Positions 11,501 through 25,414 of a stretch of 64,000 bases of DNA are shown here, piece after piece. The stretch is from assembly GCF_009914755.1 (NCBI RefSeq), contig NC_060947.1. One strand, 5' to 3'. The notes under the pieces were generated by a model. The model was not told where the DNA came from, searched no databases, and was given only the letters and a program-made list of their open reading frames with translations. The DNA comes from the human T2T-CHM13v2.0 reference genome, Homo sapiens. Positions within the stretch are counted from its first letter, which is position 1; each line of letters opens with the position of its first letter. Both the position numbers and the translations under genes were made by a program.

Positions 11501-14500
11501 GAAATCTTCAAAGAGGTCCACATATCCCCTTGCAGATTCCAAAGAAAGAGGGTTTCAAAACTGCTCCATCAGAAGGATTGTTCAACTCTGTGAGTTGAAT
11601 GCAGTCATCGCAGAAAACTTTCTGAGAATGCTTCTGTCTAGGTTTGATGTGAAGATATAGACGTTTCAAACGAAGGCTACAAAGTGGTCAAAATATACAC
11701 TTGCAGATTCTACTACAAGGGTGTTGCAAACCTGAACTATCAAAGGAAGGTTCAACTCTGTGAGTTGAATACAAACATCACAAAGAATGTTCTGAGTTTG
11801 CTTCCGTTCAGTTATGGGAAGTTGATCCCGTTTCCAACGAAATCCTCAGAGAGGTCCAAATATCCCCTCGCAGATTCTACAAAACGTGTGTTTGGAAACT
11901 GCTCCATCATAACGAATGTTCAGCTCCCTGAGTTAAACTCCATCGTCACAAAGAATTTTCTGAGAGTGCTACCGTCTGGTTTTTATATGAAGTTCTTTCC
12001 TTCACTACCACAGGCCTCAAAGCGGTCCAAATCTCCACTTGCAGATTCTACAAAAAGAGTGTTTGCAAACTGCTCTATCAAAAGGAATGTTCAACTCTGG
12101 GAGTTGAATGCAATCATCACAGAGCAGTTTCTGAGAATGCTTCTATGTCGTTTTTAGGAGAAGATATTTCCTTTTCCAACACAGTCCTCCAAGCCCGCTA
12201 AATAGCCACTTGCACATTGTAGAAAAAGTGTGTCAAAGCTGCGCTATCAAAGGGAAAGTTCAACTCTGTGAGGTGAATGCAAACATCCCAAAGAAGTTTC
12301 TGAGAATGCTTCCGTTTAGCTTTTAGGTGAAGATTATCCCGTTTCCAACGAAACCTTCAAAGAGGTCCAAATATCCCCTTGCGGATCCCACAGAAAGAGT
12401 GTTTCGAAACTGCTGTTTCAAAAGGAATCTTCAACTCTGTGAGTTGAATGCAATCATCACAAAGAAGTTTCTGACAATGCTTCTCTCTCGTCTTTCTGTG
12501 AAGATAAAGAAAAGGCTTTCAGGCCTTTTCCACCACAGGCCTGAAAGCGCTCCAAATGTCCACTTGCAGATTCTGCCAAAAGAATATTTCAAAACTGCTC
12601 TATGAAAAGCAATGTTAAACTCTGTGGCTCGAACACAAACATCACAAAGCGGTTTCTGAGAATGCTTCAGTTTAGTTTTTCTGTGGAAATATTCCCGTTT
12701 CCAAAGAAATCTTCAAAGAGGTCCACGTATCCACTTACAGATTCTACAAAAAGACAGTTTCAAAACTGCTCCATCAAAAGGAGGGTTCAACTGTGTGACT
12801 TGAATGCAATCATCACTCAGAAGTTTCTGAGAATGCTTCTCTTTAGTTTTTACGTGAACATATACCCGTTTAGAACGAAGGCCACCCAGTGGTCCAAATA
12901 TCCACTTGCAGATTCTACAGAAAGAGTGTTTCGAACCTGAACTCTCAAAGGCAGGTTCATCTCTGCGAGTTAAATGCATTCATCATGAAGAACTTTCTCA
13001 GAGTGTTTGTGTTTAGTTATGGGAAATTATTCCCGTTTCCAACGAAATCCTCAGAGAGCTCCAAATATCCACCTGCAGATTCTACCAAAAGTGTATTTGG
13101 AAACTGCTCCATCAAAAGGCATGTTCAGCTCTGTGAGTGAAACTCCATCATCACAAAGAATATTCTGAGAATGCTTCCGTTTGCCTTTTATATGAAGTTC
13201 CTTCCTATACTACCGTAGGCCTCAAAGCAGTCCAAATCTCCATTTGCAGATTCTACAAAAAGAGTGATTCCAATCTGCTCTATCAATAGGATTGTTCAAC
13301 TCCATGAGTTGAATGCCATCCTCACAAAGTAGTTTCTGAGAATGATTCTATCTAGTTTTAATGTGAAGATATTTCCTTTTCCACCACAGGCCTCAAAGCC
13401 CTCCAAACGTCCACTTGCAGATTCTCGAAAAAGAGTGTTTCATAGCTGCTCTTTCAAAAGGAAAGTTCAACTCTGGGAGTTGAATACAAACATCACAAAG
13501 TAGTTTCCGAGAATGCTTCTGTTTAGTTTTTATGTGAAGATGATCCCGTTTCCAGTGAAATCTTCAAAGAGGTCCACATATCCCCTTGCAGATTCCAAAG
13601 AAAGAGGGTTTCAAAACTGCTCCATCAGAAGGATTGTTCAACTCTGTGAGTTGAATGCAGTCATCGCAGAAAACTTTCTGAGAATGCTTCTGTCTAGGTT
13701 TGATGTGAAGATATAGACGTTTCAAACGAAGGCTACAAAGTGGTCAAAATATACACTTGCAGATTCTACTACAAGGGTGTTGCAAACCTGAACTATCAAA
13801 GGAAGGTTCAACTCTGTGAGTTGAATACAAACATCACAAAGAATGTTCTGAGTTTGCTTCCGTTCAGTTATGGGAAGTTGATCCCGTTTCCAACGAAATC
13901 CTCAGAGAGGTCCAAATATCCCCTTGCAGATTCTACAAAACGTGTGTTTGGAAACTGCTCCATCATAACGAATGTTCAGCTCCCTGAGTTAAACTCCATC
14001 GTCACAAAGAATTTTCTGAGAGTGCTACCGTCTGGTTTTTATATGAAGCTCTTTCCTTCACTACCACAGACCTCAAAGCGGTCCAAATCTCCACTTGCAG
14101 ATTCTACAAAAAGAGTGTTTGCAAACTGCTCTATCAAAAGGAATGTTCAACTCTGGGAGTTGAATGCAATCATCACAGAGCAGTTTCTGAGAATGCTTCT
14201 ATGTCGTTTTTAGGAGAAGATATTTCCTTTTCCAACACAGTCCTCCAAGCCCGCTAAATAGCCACTTGCACATTGTAGAAAAAGTGTGTCAAAGCTGCGC
14301 TATCAAAGGGAAAGTTCAACTCTGTGAGGTGAATGCAAACATCCCAAAGAAGTTTCTGAGAATGCTTCCGTTTAGCTTTTAGGTGAAGATTATCCTGTTT
14401 CCAACGAAACCTTCAAAGAGGTCCAAATATCCCCTTGCGGATCCCACAGAAAGAGTGTTTCGAAACTGCTGTTTCAAAAGGAATCTTCAACTCTGTGAGT

Positions 14501-17500
14501 TGAATGCAATCATCACAAAGAAGTTTCTGACAATGCTTCTCTCTCGTCTTTCTGTGAAGATAATGGAAAAGGCTTTCAGGCCTTTTCCACCACAGGCCTG
14601 AAAGCGCTCCAAATGTCCACTTGCAGATTCTGCCAAAAGAATATTTCAAAACTGCTCTATGAAAAGCAATGTTAAACTCTGTGGCTCGAACACAAACATC
14701 ACAAAGCGGTTTCTGAGAATGCTTCAGTTTAGTTTTTCTGTGGAAATATTCCCGTTTCCAAAGAAATCTTCAAAGAGGTCCACGTATCCACTTACAGATT
14801 CTACAAAAAGACAGTTTCAAAACTGCTCCATCAAAAGGAGGGTTCAACTGTGTGACTTGAATGCAATCATCACTCAGAAGTTTCTGAGAATGCTTCTCTT
14901 TAGTTTTTACGTGAACATATACCCGTTTCGAACGAAGGCCACCCAGTGGTCCAAATATCCACTTGCAGATTCTACAGAAAGAGTGTTTCGAACCTGAACT
15001 CTCAAAGGCAGGTTCATCTCTGCGAGTTAAATGCATTCATCATGAAGAACTTTCTCAGAGTGTTTGTGTTTAGTTATGGGAAATTATTCCCGTTTCCAAC
15101 GAAATCCTCAGAGAGCTCCAAATATCCACCTGCAGATTCTACCAAAAGTGTATTTGGAAACTGCTCCATCAAAAGGCATGTTCAGCTCTGTGAGTGAAAC
15201 TCCATCATCACAAAGAATATTCTGAGAATGCTTCCGTTTGCCTTTTATATGAAGTTCCTTCCTATACTACCGTAGGCCTCAAAGCAGTCCAAATCTCCAT
15301 TTGCAGATTCTACAAAAAGAGTGATTCCAATCTGCTCTATCAATAGGATTGTTCAACTCCATGAGTTGAATGCCATCCTCACAAAGTCGTTTCTGAGAAT
15401 GCTTCTATCTAGTTTTTATGTGAAGATATTTCCTTTTCCACCACAGGCCTCAAAGCCCTCCAAACGTCCACTTGCAGATTCTCGAAAAAGAGTGTTTCAT
15501 AGCTGCTCTTTCAAAAGGAAAGTTCAACTCTGGGAGTTGAATACAAACATCACAAAGTAGTTTCCGAGAATGCTTCTGTTTAGTTTTTATGTGAAGATGA
15601 TCCCGTTTCCAGTGAAATCTTCAAAGAGGTCCACATATCCCCTTGCAGATTCCAAAGAAAGAGGGTTTCAAAACTGCTCCATCAGAAGGATTGTTCAACT
15701 CTGTGAGTTGAATGCAGTCATCGCAGAAAACTTTCTGAGAATGCTTCTGTCTAGGTTTGATGTGAAGATATAGACGTTTCAAACGAAGGCTACAAAGTGG
15801 TCAAAATATACACTTGCAGATTCTACTACAAGGGTGTTGCAAACCTGAACTATCAAAGGAAGGTTCAACTCTGTGAGTTGAATACAAACATCACAAAGAA
15901 TGTTCTGAGTTTGCTTCCGTTCAGTTATGGGAAGTTGATCCCGTTTCCAACGAAATCCTCAGAGAGGTCCAAATATCCCCTTGCAGATTCTACAAAACGT
16001 GTGTTTGGAAACTGCTCCATCATAACGAATGTTCAGCTCCCTGAGTTAAACTCCATCGTCACAAAGAATTTTCTGAGAGTGCTACCGTCTGGTTTTTATA
16101 TGAAGTTCTTTCCTTCACTACCACAGACCTCAAAGCGGTCCAAATCTCCACTTGCAGATTCTACAAAAAGAGTGTTTGCAAACTGCTCTATCAAAAGGAA
16201 TGTTCAACTCTGGGAGTTGAATGCAATCATCACAGAGCAGTTTCTGAGAATGCTTCTATGTCGTTTTTAGGAGAAGATATTTCCTTTTCCAACACAGTCC
16301 TCCAAGCCCGCTAAATAGCCACTTGCACATTGTAGAAAAAGTGTGTCGAAGCTGCGCTATCAAAGGGAAAGTTCAACTCTGTGAGGTGAATGCAAACATC
16401 CCAAAGAAGTTTCTGAGAATGCTTCCGTTTAGCTTTTAGGTGAAGATTATCCCGTTTCCAACGAAACCTTCAAAGAGGTCCAAATATCCCCTTGCGGATC
16501 CCACAGAAAGAGTGTTTCGAAACTGCTGTTTCAAAAGGAATCTTCAACTCTGTGAGTTGAATGCAATCATCACAAAGAAGTTTCTGACAATGCTTCTCTC
16601 TCGTCTTTCTGTGAAGATAAAGGAAAAGGCTTTCAGGCCTTTTCCACCACAGGCCTGAAAGCGCTCCAAATGTCCACTTGCAGATTCTGCCAAAAGAATA
16701 TTTCAAAACTGCTCTATGAAAAGCAATGTTAAACTCTGTGGCTCGAACACAAACATCACAAAGCGGTTTCTGAGAATGCTTCAGTTTAGTTTTTCTGTGG
16801 AAATATTCCCGTTTCCAAAGAAATCTTCAAAGAGGTCCACGTATCCACTTACAGATTCTACAAAAAGACAGTTTCAAAACTGCTCCATCAAAAGGAGGGT
16901 TCAACTGTGTGACTTGAATGCAATCATCACTCAGAAGTTTCTGAGAATGCTTCTCTTTAGTTTTTACGTGAACATATACCCGTTTCGAACGAAGGCCAGC
17001 CAGTGGTCCAAATATCCACTTGCAGATTCTACAGAAAGAGTGTTTCGAACCTGAACTCTCAAAGGCAGGTTCATCTCTGCGAGTTAAATGCATTCATCAT
17101 GAAGAACTTTCTCAGAGTGTTTGTGTTTAGTTATGGCAAATTATTCCCGTTTCCAACGAAATCCTCAGAGAGCTCCAAATATCCACCTGCAGATTCTACC
17201 AAAAGTGTATTTGGAAACTGCTCCATCAAAAGGCATGTTCAGCTCTGTGAGTGAAACTCCATCATCACAAAGAATATTCTGAGAATGCTTCCGTTTGCCT
17301 TTTATATGAAGTTCCTTCCTATACGACCGTAGGCCTCAAAGCAGTCCAAATCTCCATTTGCAGATTCTACAAAAAGAGTGATTCCAATCTGCTCTATCAA
17401 TAGGATTGTTCAACTCCATGAGTTGAATGCCATCCTCACAAAGTCGTTTCTGAGAATGCTTCTATCTAGTTTTTATGTGAAGATATTTCCTTTTCCACCA

Positions 17501-19325
17501 CAGGCCTCAAAGCCCTCCAAACGTCCACTTGCAGATTCTCGAAAAAGAGTGTTTCATAGCTGCTCTTTCAAAAGGAAAGTTCAACTCTGGGAGTTGAATA
17601 CAAACATCACAAAGTAGTTTCCGAGAATGCTTCTGTTTAGTTTTTATGTGAAGATGATCCCGTTTCCAGTGAAATCTTCAAAGAGGTCCACATATCCCCT
17701 TGCAGATTCCAAAGAAAGAGGGTTTCAAAACTGCTCCATCAGAAGGATTGTTCAACTCTGTGAGTTGAATGCAGTCATCGCAGAAAACTTTCTGAGAATG
17801 CTTCTGTCTAGGTTTGATGTGAAGATATAGACGTTTCAAACGAAGGCTACAAAGTGGTCAAAATATACACTTGCAGATTCTACTACAAGGGTGTTGCAAA
17901 CCTGAACTATCAAAGGAAGGTTCAACTCTGTGAGTTGAATACAAACATCACAAAGAATGTTCTGAGTTTGCTTCCGTTCAGTTATGGGAAGTTGATCCCG
18001 TTTCCAACGAAATCCTCAGAGAGGTCCAAATATCCCCTTGCAGATTCTACAAAACGTGTGTTTGGAAACTGCTCCATCATAACGAATGTTCAGCTCCCTG
18101 AGTTAAACTCCATCGTCACAAAGAATTTTCTGAGAGTGCTACCGTCTGGTTTTTATATGAAGTTCTTTCCTTCACTACCACAGACCTCAAAGCGGTCCAA
18201 ATCTCCACTTGCAGATTCTACAAAAAGAGTGTTTGCAAACTGCTCTATCAAAAGGAATGTTCAACTCTGGGAGTTGAATGCAATCATCACAGAGCAGTTT
18301 CTGAGAATGCTTCTATGTCGTTTTTAGGAGAAGATATTTCCTTTTCCAACACAGTCCTCCAAGCCCGCTAAATAGCCACTTGCACATTGTAGAAAAAGTG
18401 TGTCAAAGCTGCGCTATCAAAGGGAAAGTTCAACTCTGTGAGGTGAATGCAAACATCCCAAAGAAGTTTCTGAGAATGCTTCCGTTTAGCTTTTAGGTGA
18501 AGATTATCCCGTTTCCAACGAAACCTTCAAAGAGGTCCAAATATCCCCTTGCGGATCCCACAGAAAGAGTGTTTCGAAACTGCTGTTTCAAAAGGAATCT
18601 TCAACTCTGTGAGTTGAATGCAATCATCACAAAGAAGTTTCTGACAATGCTTCTCTCTCGTCTTTCTGTGAAGATAAAGGAAAAGGCTTTCAGGCCTTTT
18701 CCACCACAGGCCTGAAAGCGCTCCAAATGTCCACTTGCAGATTCTGCCAAAAGAATATTTCAAAACTGCTCTATGAAAAGCAATGTTAAACTCTGTGGCT
18801 CGAACACAAACATCACAAAGCAGTTTCTGAGAATGCTTCAGTTTAGTTTTTCTGTGGAAATATTCCCGTTTCCAAAGAAATCTTCAAAGAGGTCCACGTA
18901 TCCACTTACAGATTCTACAAAAAGACAGTTTCAAAACTGCTCCATCAAAAGGAGGGTTCAACTGTGTGACTTGAATGCAATCATCACTCAGAAGTTTCTG
19001 AGAATGCTTGTCTTTAGTTTTTACGTGAACATATACCCGTTTCGAACGAAGGCCAGCCAGTGGTCCAAATATCCACTTGCAGATTCTACAGAAAGAGTGT
19101 TTCGAACATGAACTCTCAAAGGCAGGTTCATCTCTGCGAGTTAAATGCATTCATCATGAAGAACTTTCTCAGAGTGTTTGTGTTTAGTTATGGGAAATTA
19201 TTCCCGTTTCCAACGAAATCCTCAGAGAGCTCCAAATATCCACCTGCAGATTCTACCAAAAGTGTATTTGGAAACTGCTCCATCAAAAGGCATGTTCAGC
19301 TCTGTGAGTGAAACTCCATCATCAC

Positions 19326-19341
19326 AAAGAATATTCTGAGA
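19326..19341 (+). repeat. L1 target-site duplication, left copy (16 bp)
   Basis: AAAGAATATTCTGAGA, identical to 25399-25414 and single-copy at this position in uninterrupted HORs. Confidence 0.93.
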
Positions 19342-19359
19342 GAGACAGGAGGGAGGAGC

Positions 19360-19370
19360 CAAGATGGCCG
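19360..19370 (+). promoter_or_regulatory. YY1 binding site of the L1 promoter
   Basis: CAAGATGGCCG intact at the 5' end of the element. Confidence 0.9.
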
Positions 19371-19582
19371 AATAGGAACAGCTCCGGTCTACAGCTCCCA
19401 GCGTGAGCGACGCAGAAGACGGTGATTTCTGCATTTCCATCTGAGGTACCGGGTTCATCTCAATAGGGAGTGCCAGACAGTGGGCGCAGGCCAGTGTGTG
19501 TGCGCACCGTGCGCGAGCCGAAGCAGGGCGAGGCATTGCCTCACCTGGGAAGCGCAAGGGGTCAGGGAGTTCCCTTTCCGAG

Positions 19583-19798
19583 TCAAAGAAAGGGGTGACG
19601 GACGCACCTGGAAAATCGGGTCACTCCCACCCGAATATTGCGCTTTTCAGACCGGCTTAAGAAACGGCGCACCACAAGACTATATCCCACACCTGGCTCG
19701 GAGGGTCCTACGCCCACGGAATCTCGCTGATTGCTAGCACAGCAGTCTGAGATCAAACTGCAAGGCGGCAACGAGGCTGGGGGAGGGGCGCCCGCCAT
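19583..19798 (-). CDS. ORF0: L1 ORF0, primate-specific antisense ORF, 71 aa
   Basis: ATG at 19798 (minus strand) gives MAGAPPPASLPPCSLISDCC...RCVRHPFL*, the last 71 aa of the track ORF 19583..19867. Confidence 0.88.
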   Translation of the reverse strand: MAGAPPPASLPPCSLISDCCASNQRDSVGVGPSEPGVGYSLVVRRFLSRSEKRNIRVGVTRFSRCVRHPFL

Positions 19799-20253
19799 TG
19801 CCCAGGCTTGCTTAGGTAAACAAAGCAGCCGGGAAGCTCGAACTGGGTGGAGCCCACCACAGCTCAAGGAGGCCTGCCTGCCTCTGTAGGCTCCACCTCT
19901 GGGGGCAGGGCACAGACAAACAAAAAGACAGCAGTAACCTCTGCAGACTTAAGTGTCCCTGTCTGACAGCTTTGAAGAGAGCAGTGGTTCTCCCAGCACG
20001 CAGCTGGAGATCTGAGAACGGGCAGACTGCCTCCTCAAGTGGGTCCCTGACTCCTGACCCCCGAGCAGCATAACTGGGAGGCACCCCCCAGCAGGGGCAC
20101 ACTGACACCTCACACGGCAGGGTATTCCAACAGACCTGCAGCTGAGGGTCCTGTCTGTTAGAAGGAAAACTAACAACCAGAAAGGACATCTACACCGAAA
20201 ACCCATCTGTACATCACCATCATCAAAGACCAAAAGTAGATAAAACCACAAAG

Positions 20254-21270
20254 ATGGGGAAAAAACAGAACAGAAAAACTGGAAACTCTAAAACGCAGAG
20301 CGCCTCTCCTCCTCCAAAGGAACGCAGTTCCTCACCAGCAACAGAACAAAGCTGGATGGAGAATGATTTTGACGAGCTGAGAGAAGAAGGCTTCAGACGA
20401 TCAAATTACTCTGAGCTACGGGAGGACATTCAAACCAAAGGCAAAGAAGTTGAAAACTTTGAAAAAAATTTAGAAGAATGTATAACTAGAATAACCAATA
20501 CAGAGAAGTGCTTAAAGGAGCTGATGGAGCTGAAAACCAAGGCTCGAGAACTACGTGAAGAATGCAGAAGCCTCAGGAGCCGATGCGATCAACTGGAAGA
20601 AAGGGTATCAGCAATGGAAGATGAAATGAATGAAATGAAGCGAGAAGGGAAGTTTAGAGAAAAAAGAATAAAAAGAAATGAGCAAAGCCTCCAAGAAATA
20701 TGGGACTATGTGAAAAGACCAAATCTACGTCTGATTGGTGTACCTGAAAGTGATGTGGAGAATGGAACCAAGTTGGAAAACACTCTGCAGGATATTATCC
20801 AGGAGAACTTCCCCAATCTAGCAAGGCAGGCCAACGTTCAGATTCAGGAAATACAGAGAACGCCACAAAGATACTCCTCGATAAGAGCAACTCCAAGACA
20901 CATAATTGTCAGATTCACCAAAGTTGAAATGAAGGAAAAAATGTTAAGGGCAGCCAGAGAGAAAGGTCGGGTTACCCTCAAAGGAAAGCCCATCAGACTA
21001 ACAGCGGATCTCTCGGCAGAAACCCTACAAGCCAGAAGAGAGTGGGGGCCAATATTCAACATTCTTAAAGAAAAGAATTTTCAACCCAGAATTTCATATC
21101 CAGCCAAACTAAGCTTCATAAGTGAAGGAGAAATAAAATACTTTATAGACAAGCAAATGTTGAGAGATTTTGTCACCACCAGGCCTGCCCTAAAAGAGCT
21201 CCTGAAGGAAGCGCTAAACATGGAAAGGAACAACCGGTACCAGCCGCTGCAAAATCATGCCAAAATGTAA
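20254..21270 (+). CDS. ORF1: L1 ORF1p (coiled coil, RRM, CTD RNA chaperone), 338 aa, carrying R210I
   Basis: MGKKQNRKTGNSK...; REKG, ARR and YPAKLS motifs present; canonical length. Confidence 0.98.
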   Translation: MGKKQNRKTGNSKTQSASPPPKERSSSPATEQSWMENDFDELREEGFRRSNYSELREDIQTKGKEVENFEKNLEECITRITNTEKCLKELMELKTKARELREECRSLRSRCDQLEERVSAMEDEMNEMKREGKFREKRIKRNEQSLQEIWDYVKRPNLRLIGVPESDVENGTKLENTLQDIIQENFPNLARQANVQIQEIQRTPQRYSSIRATPRHIIVRFTKVEMKEKMLRAAREKGRVTLKGKPIRLTADLSAETLQARREWGPIFNILKEKNFQPRISYPAKLSFISEGEIKYFIDKQMLRDFVTTRPALKELLKEALNMERNNRYQPLQNHAKM

Positions 21271-21309
21271 AGACCATCGAGACTAGGAAGAAACTGCATC
21301 AACTAATGA

Positions 21310-25161
<3,852 letters not shown>

Positions 25162-25364
25162 ACAATGAGATCACATGGACACAGGAAGGGGAATATCACA
25201 CTCTGGGGACTGTGGTGGGGTCGGGGGAGGGGGGAGGGATAGCATTGGGAGATATACCTAATGCTAGATGACACATTAGTGGGTGCAGCGCACCAGCATG
25301 GCACATGTATACATATGTAACTAACCTGCACAATGTGCACATGTACCCTAAAACTTAGAGTATA

Positions 25365-25366
<2 letters not shown>
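25162..25366 (+). other. L1 3'UTR
   Basis: Canonical L1HS 3'UTR containing the Ta diagnostic bases. Confidence 0.93.
25205..25238 (+). other. G-rich, G-quadruplex-forming tract of the L1 3'UTR
   Basis: GGGGACTGTGGTGGGGTCGGGGGAGGGGGGAGGG has five runs of at least 3 G. Confidence 0.85.

Positions 25367-25401
<35 letters not shown>
25364..25401 (+). terminator. Polyadenylation signal AATAAA (25364-25369) and uninterrupted poly(A)
   Basis: 35 consecutive A at 25367-25401; the last 3 are assignable to the TSD. Confidence 0.93.
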
Positions 25402-25403
<2 letters not shown>

Positions 25404-25414
25404 ATATTCTGAGA
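25399..25414 (+). repeat. L1 target-site duplication, right copy (16 bp)
   Basis: AAAGAATATTCTGAGA, followed by ATGCTTCCG as in intact HORs. Confidence 0.93.

Larger units (their letters stand above)
1..19341 (-). repeat. DXZ1: Alpha-satellite HOR array, 2057-bp 12-mer (DXZ1-type), left of the L1 (about 9.4 HORs)
   Basis: ~171-bp monomers. The ORF track repeats with a 2057-bp period (261, 2318, 4375...). One GGATCC per unit (41, 2098, 4155...), matching the classic 2.0-kb BamHI X repeat. Monomers ~851 bp apart resemble each other most (690 vs 1541; 352 vs 1203), i.e. pentameric SF3 structure. Strand is given by CENP-B box orientation. Confidence 0.96.
19351..20253 (+). promoter_or_regulatory. 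L1 5'UTR: CpG-rich internal sense promoter plus antisense promoter
   Basis: Recognisable L1HS 5'UTR, CpG-dense over roughly the first 500 bp. SOX-type AACAAA motifs near 19819 and 19919. Confidence 0.92.

Noticed and set aside
19222-19557. Minus-strand 111-aa ORF crossing the L1/satellite junction
   Set aside because: An accidental fusion frame with no support for translation.
25367-25414. 3' transduction or 5' inversion of the L1
   Set aside because: Poly(A) follows the L1 AATAAA directly and abuts the TSD, and the element is collinear throughout.
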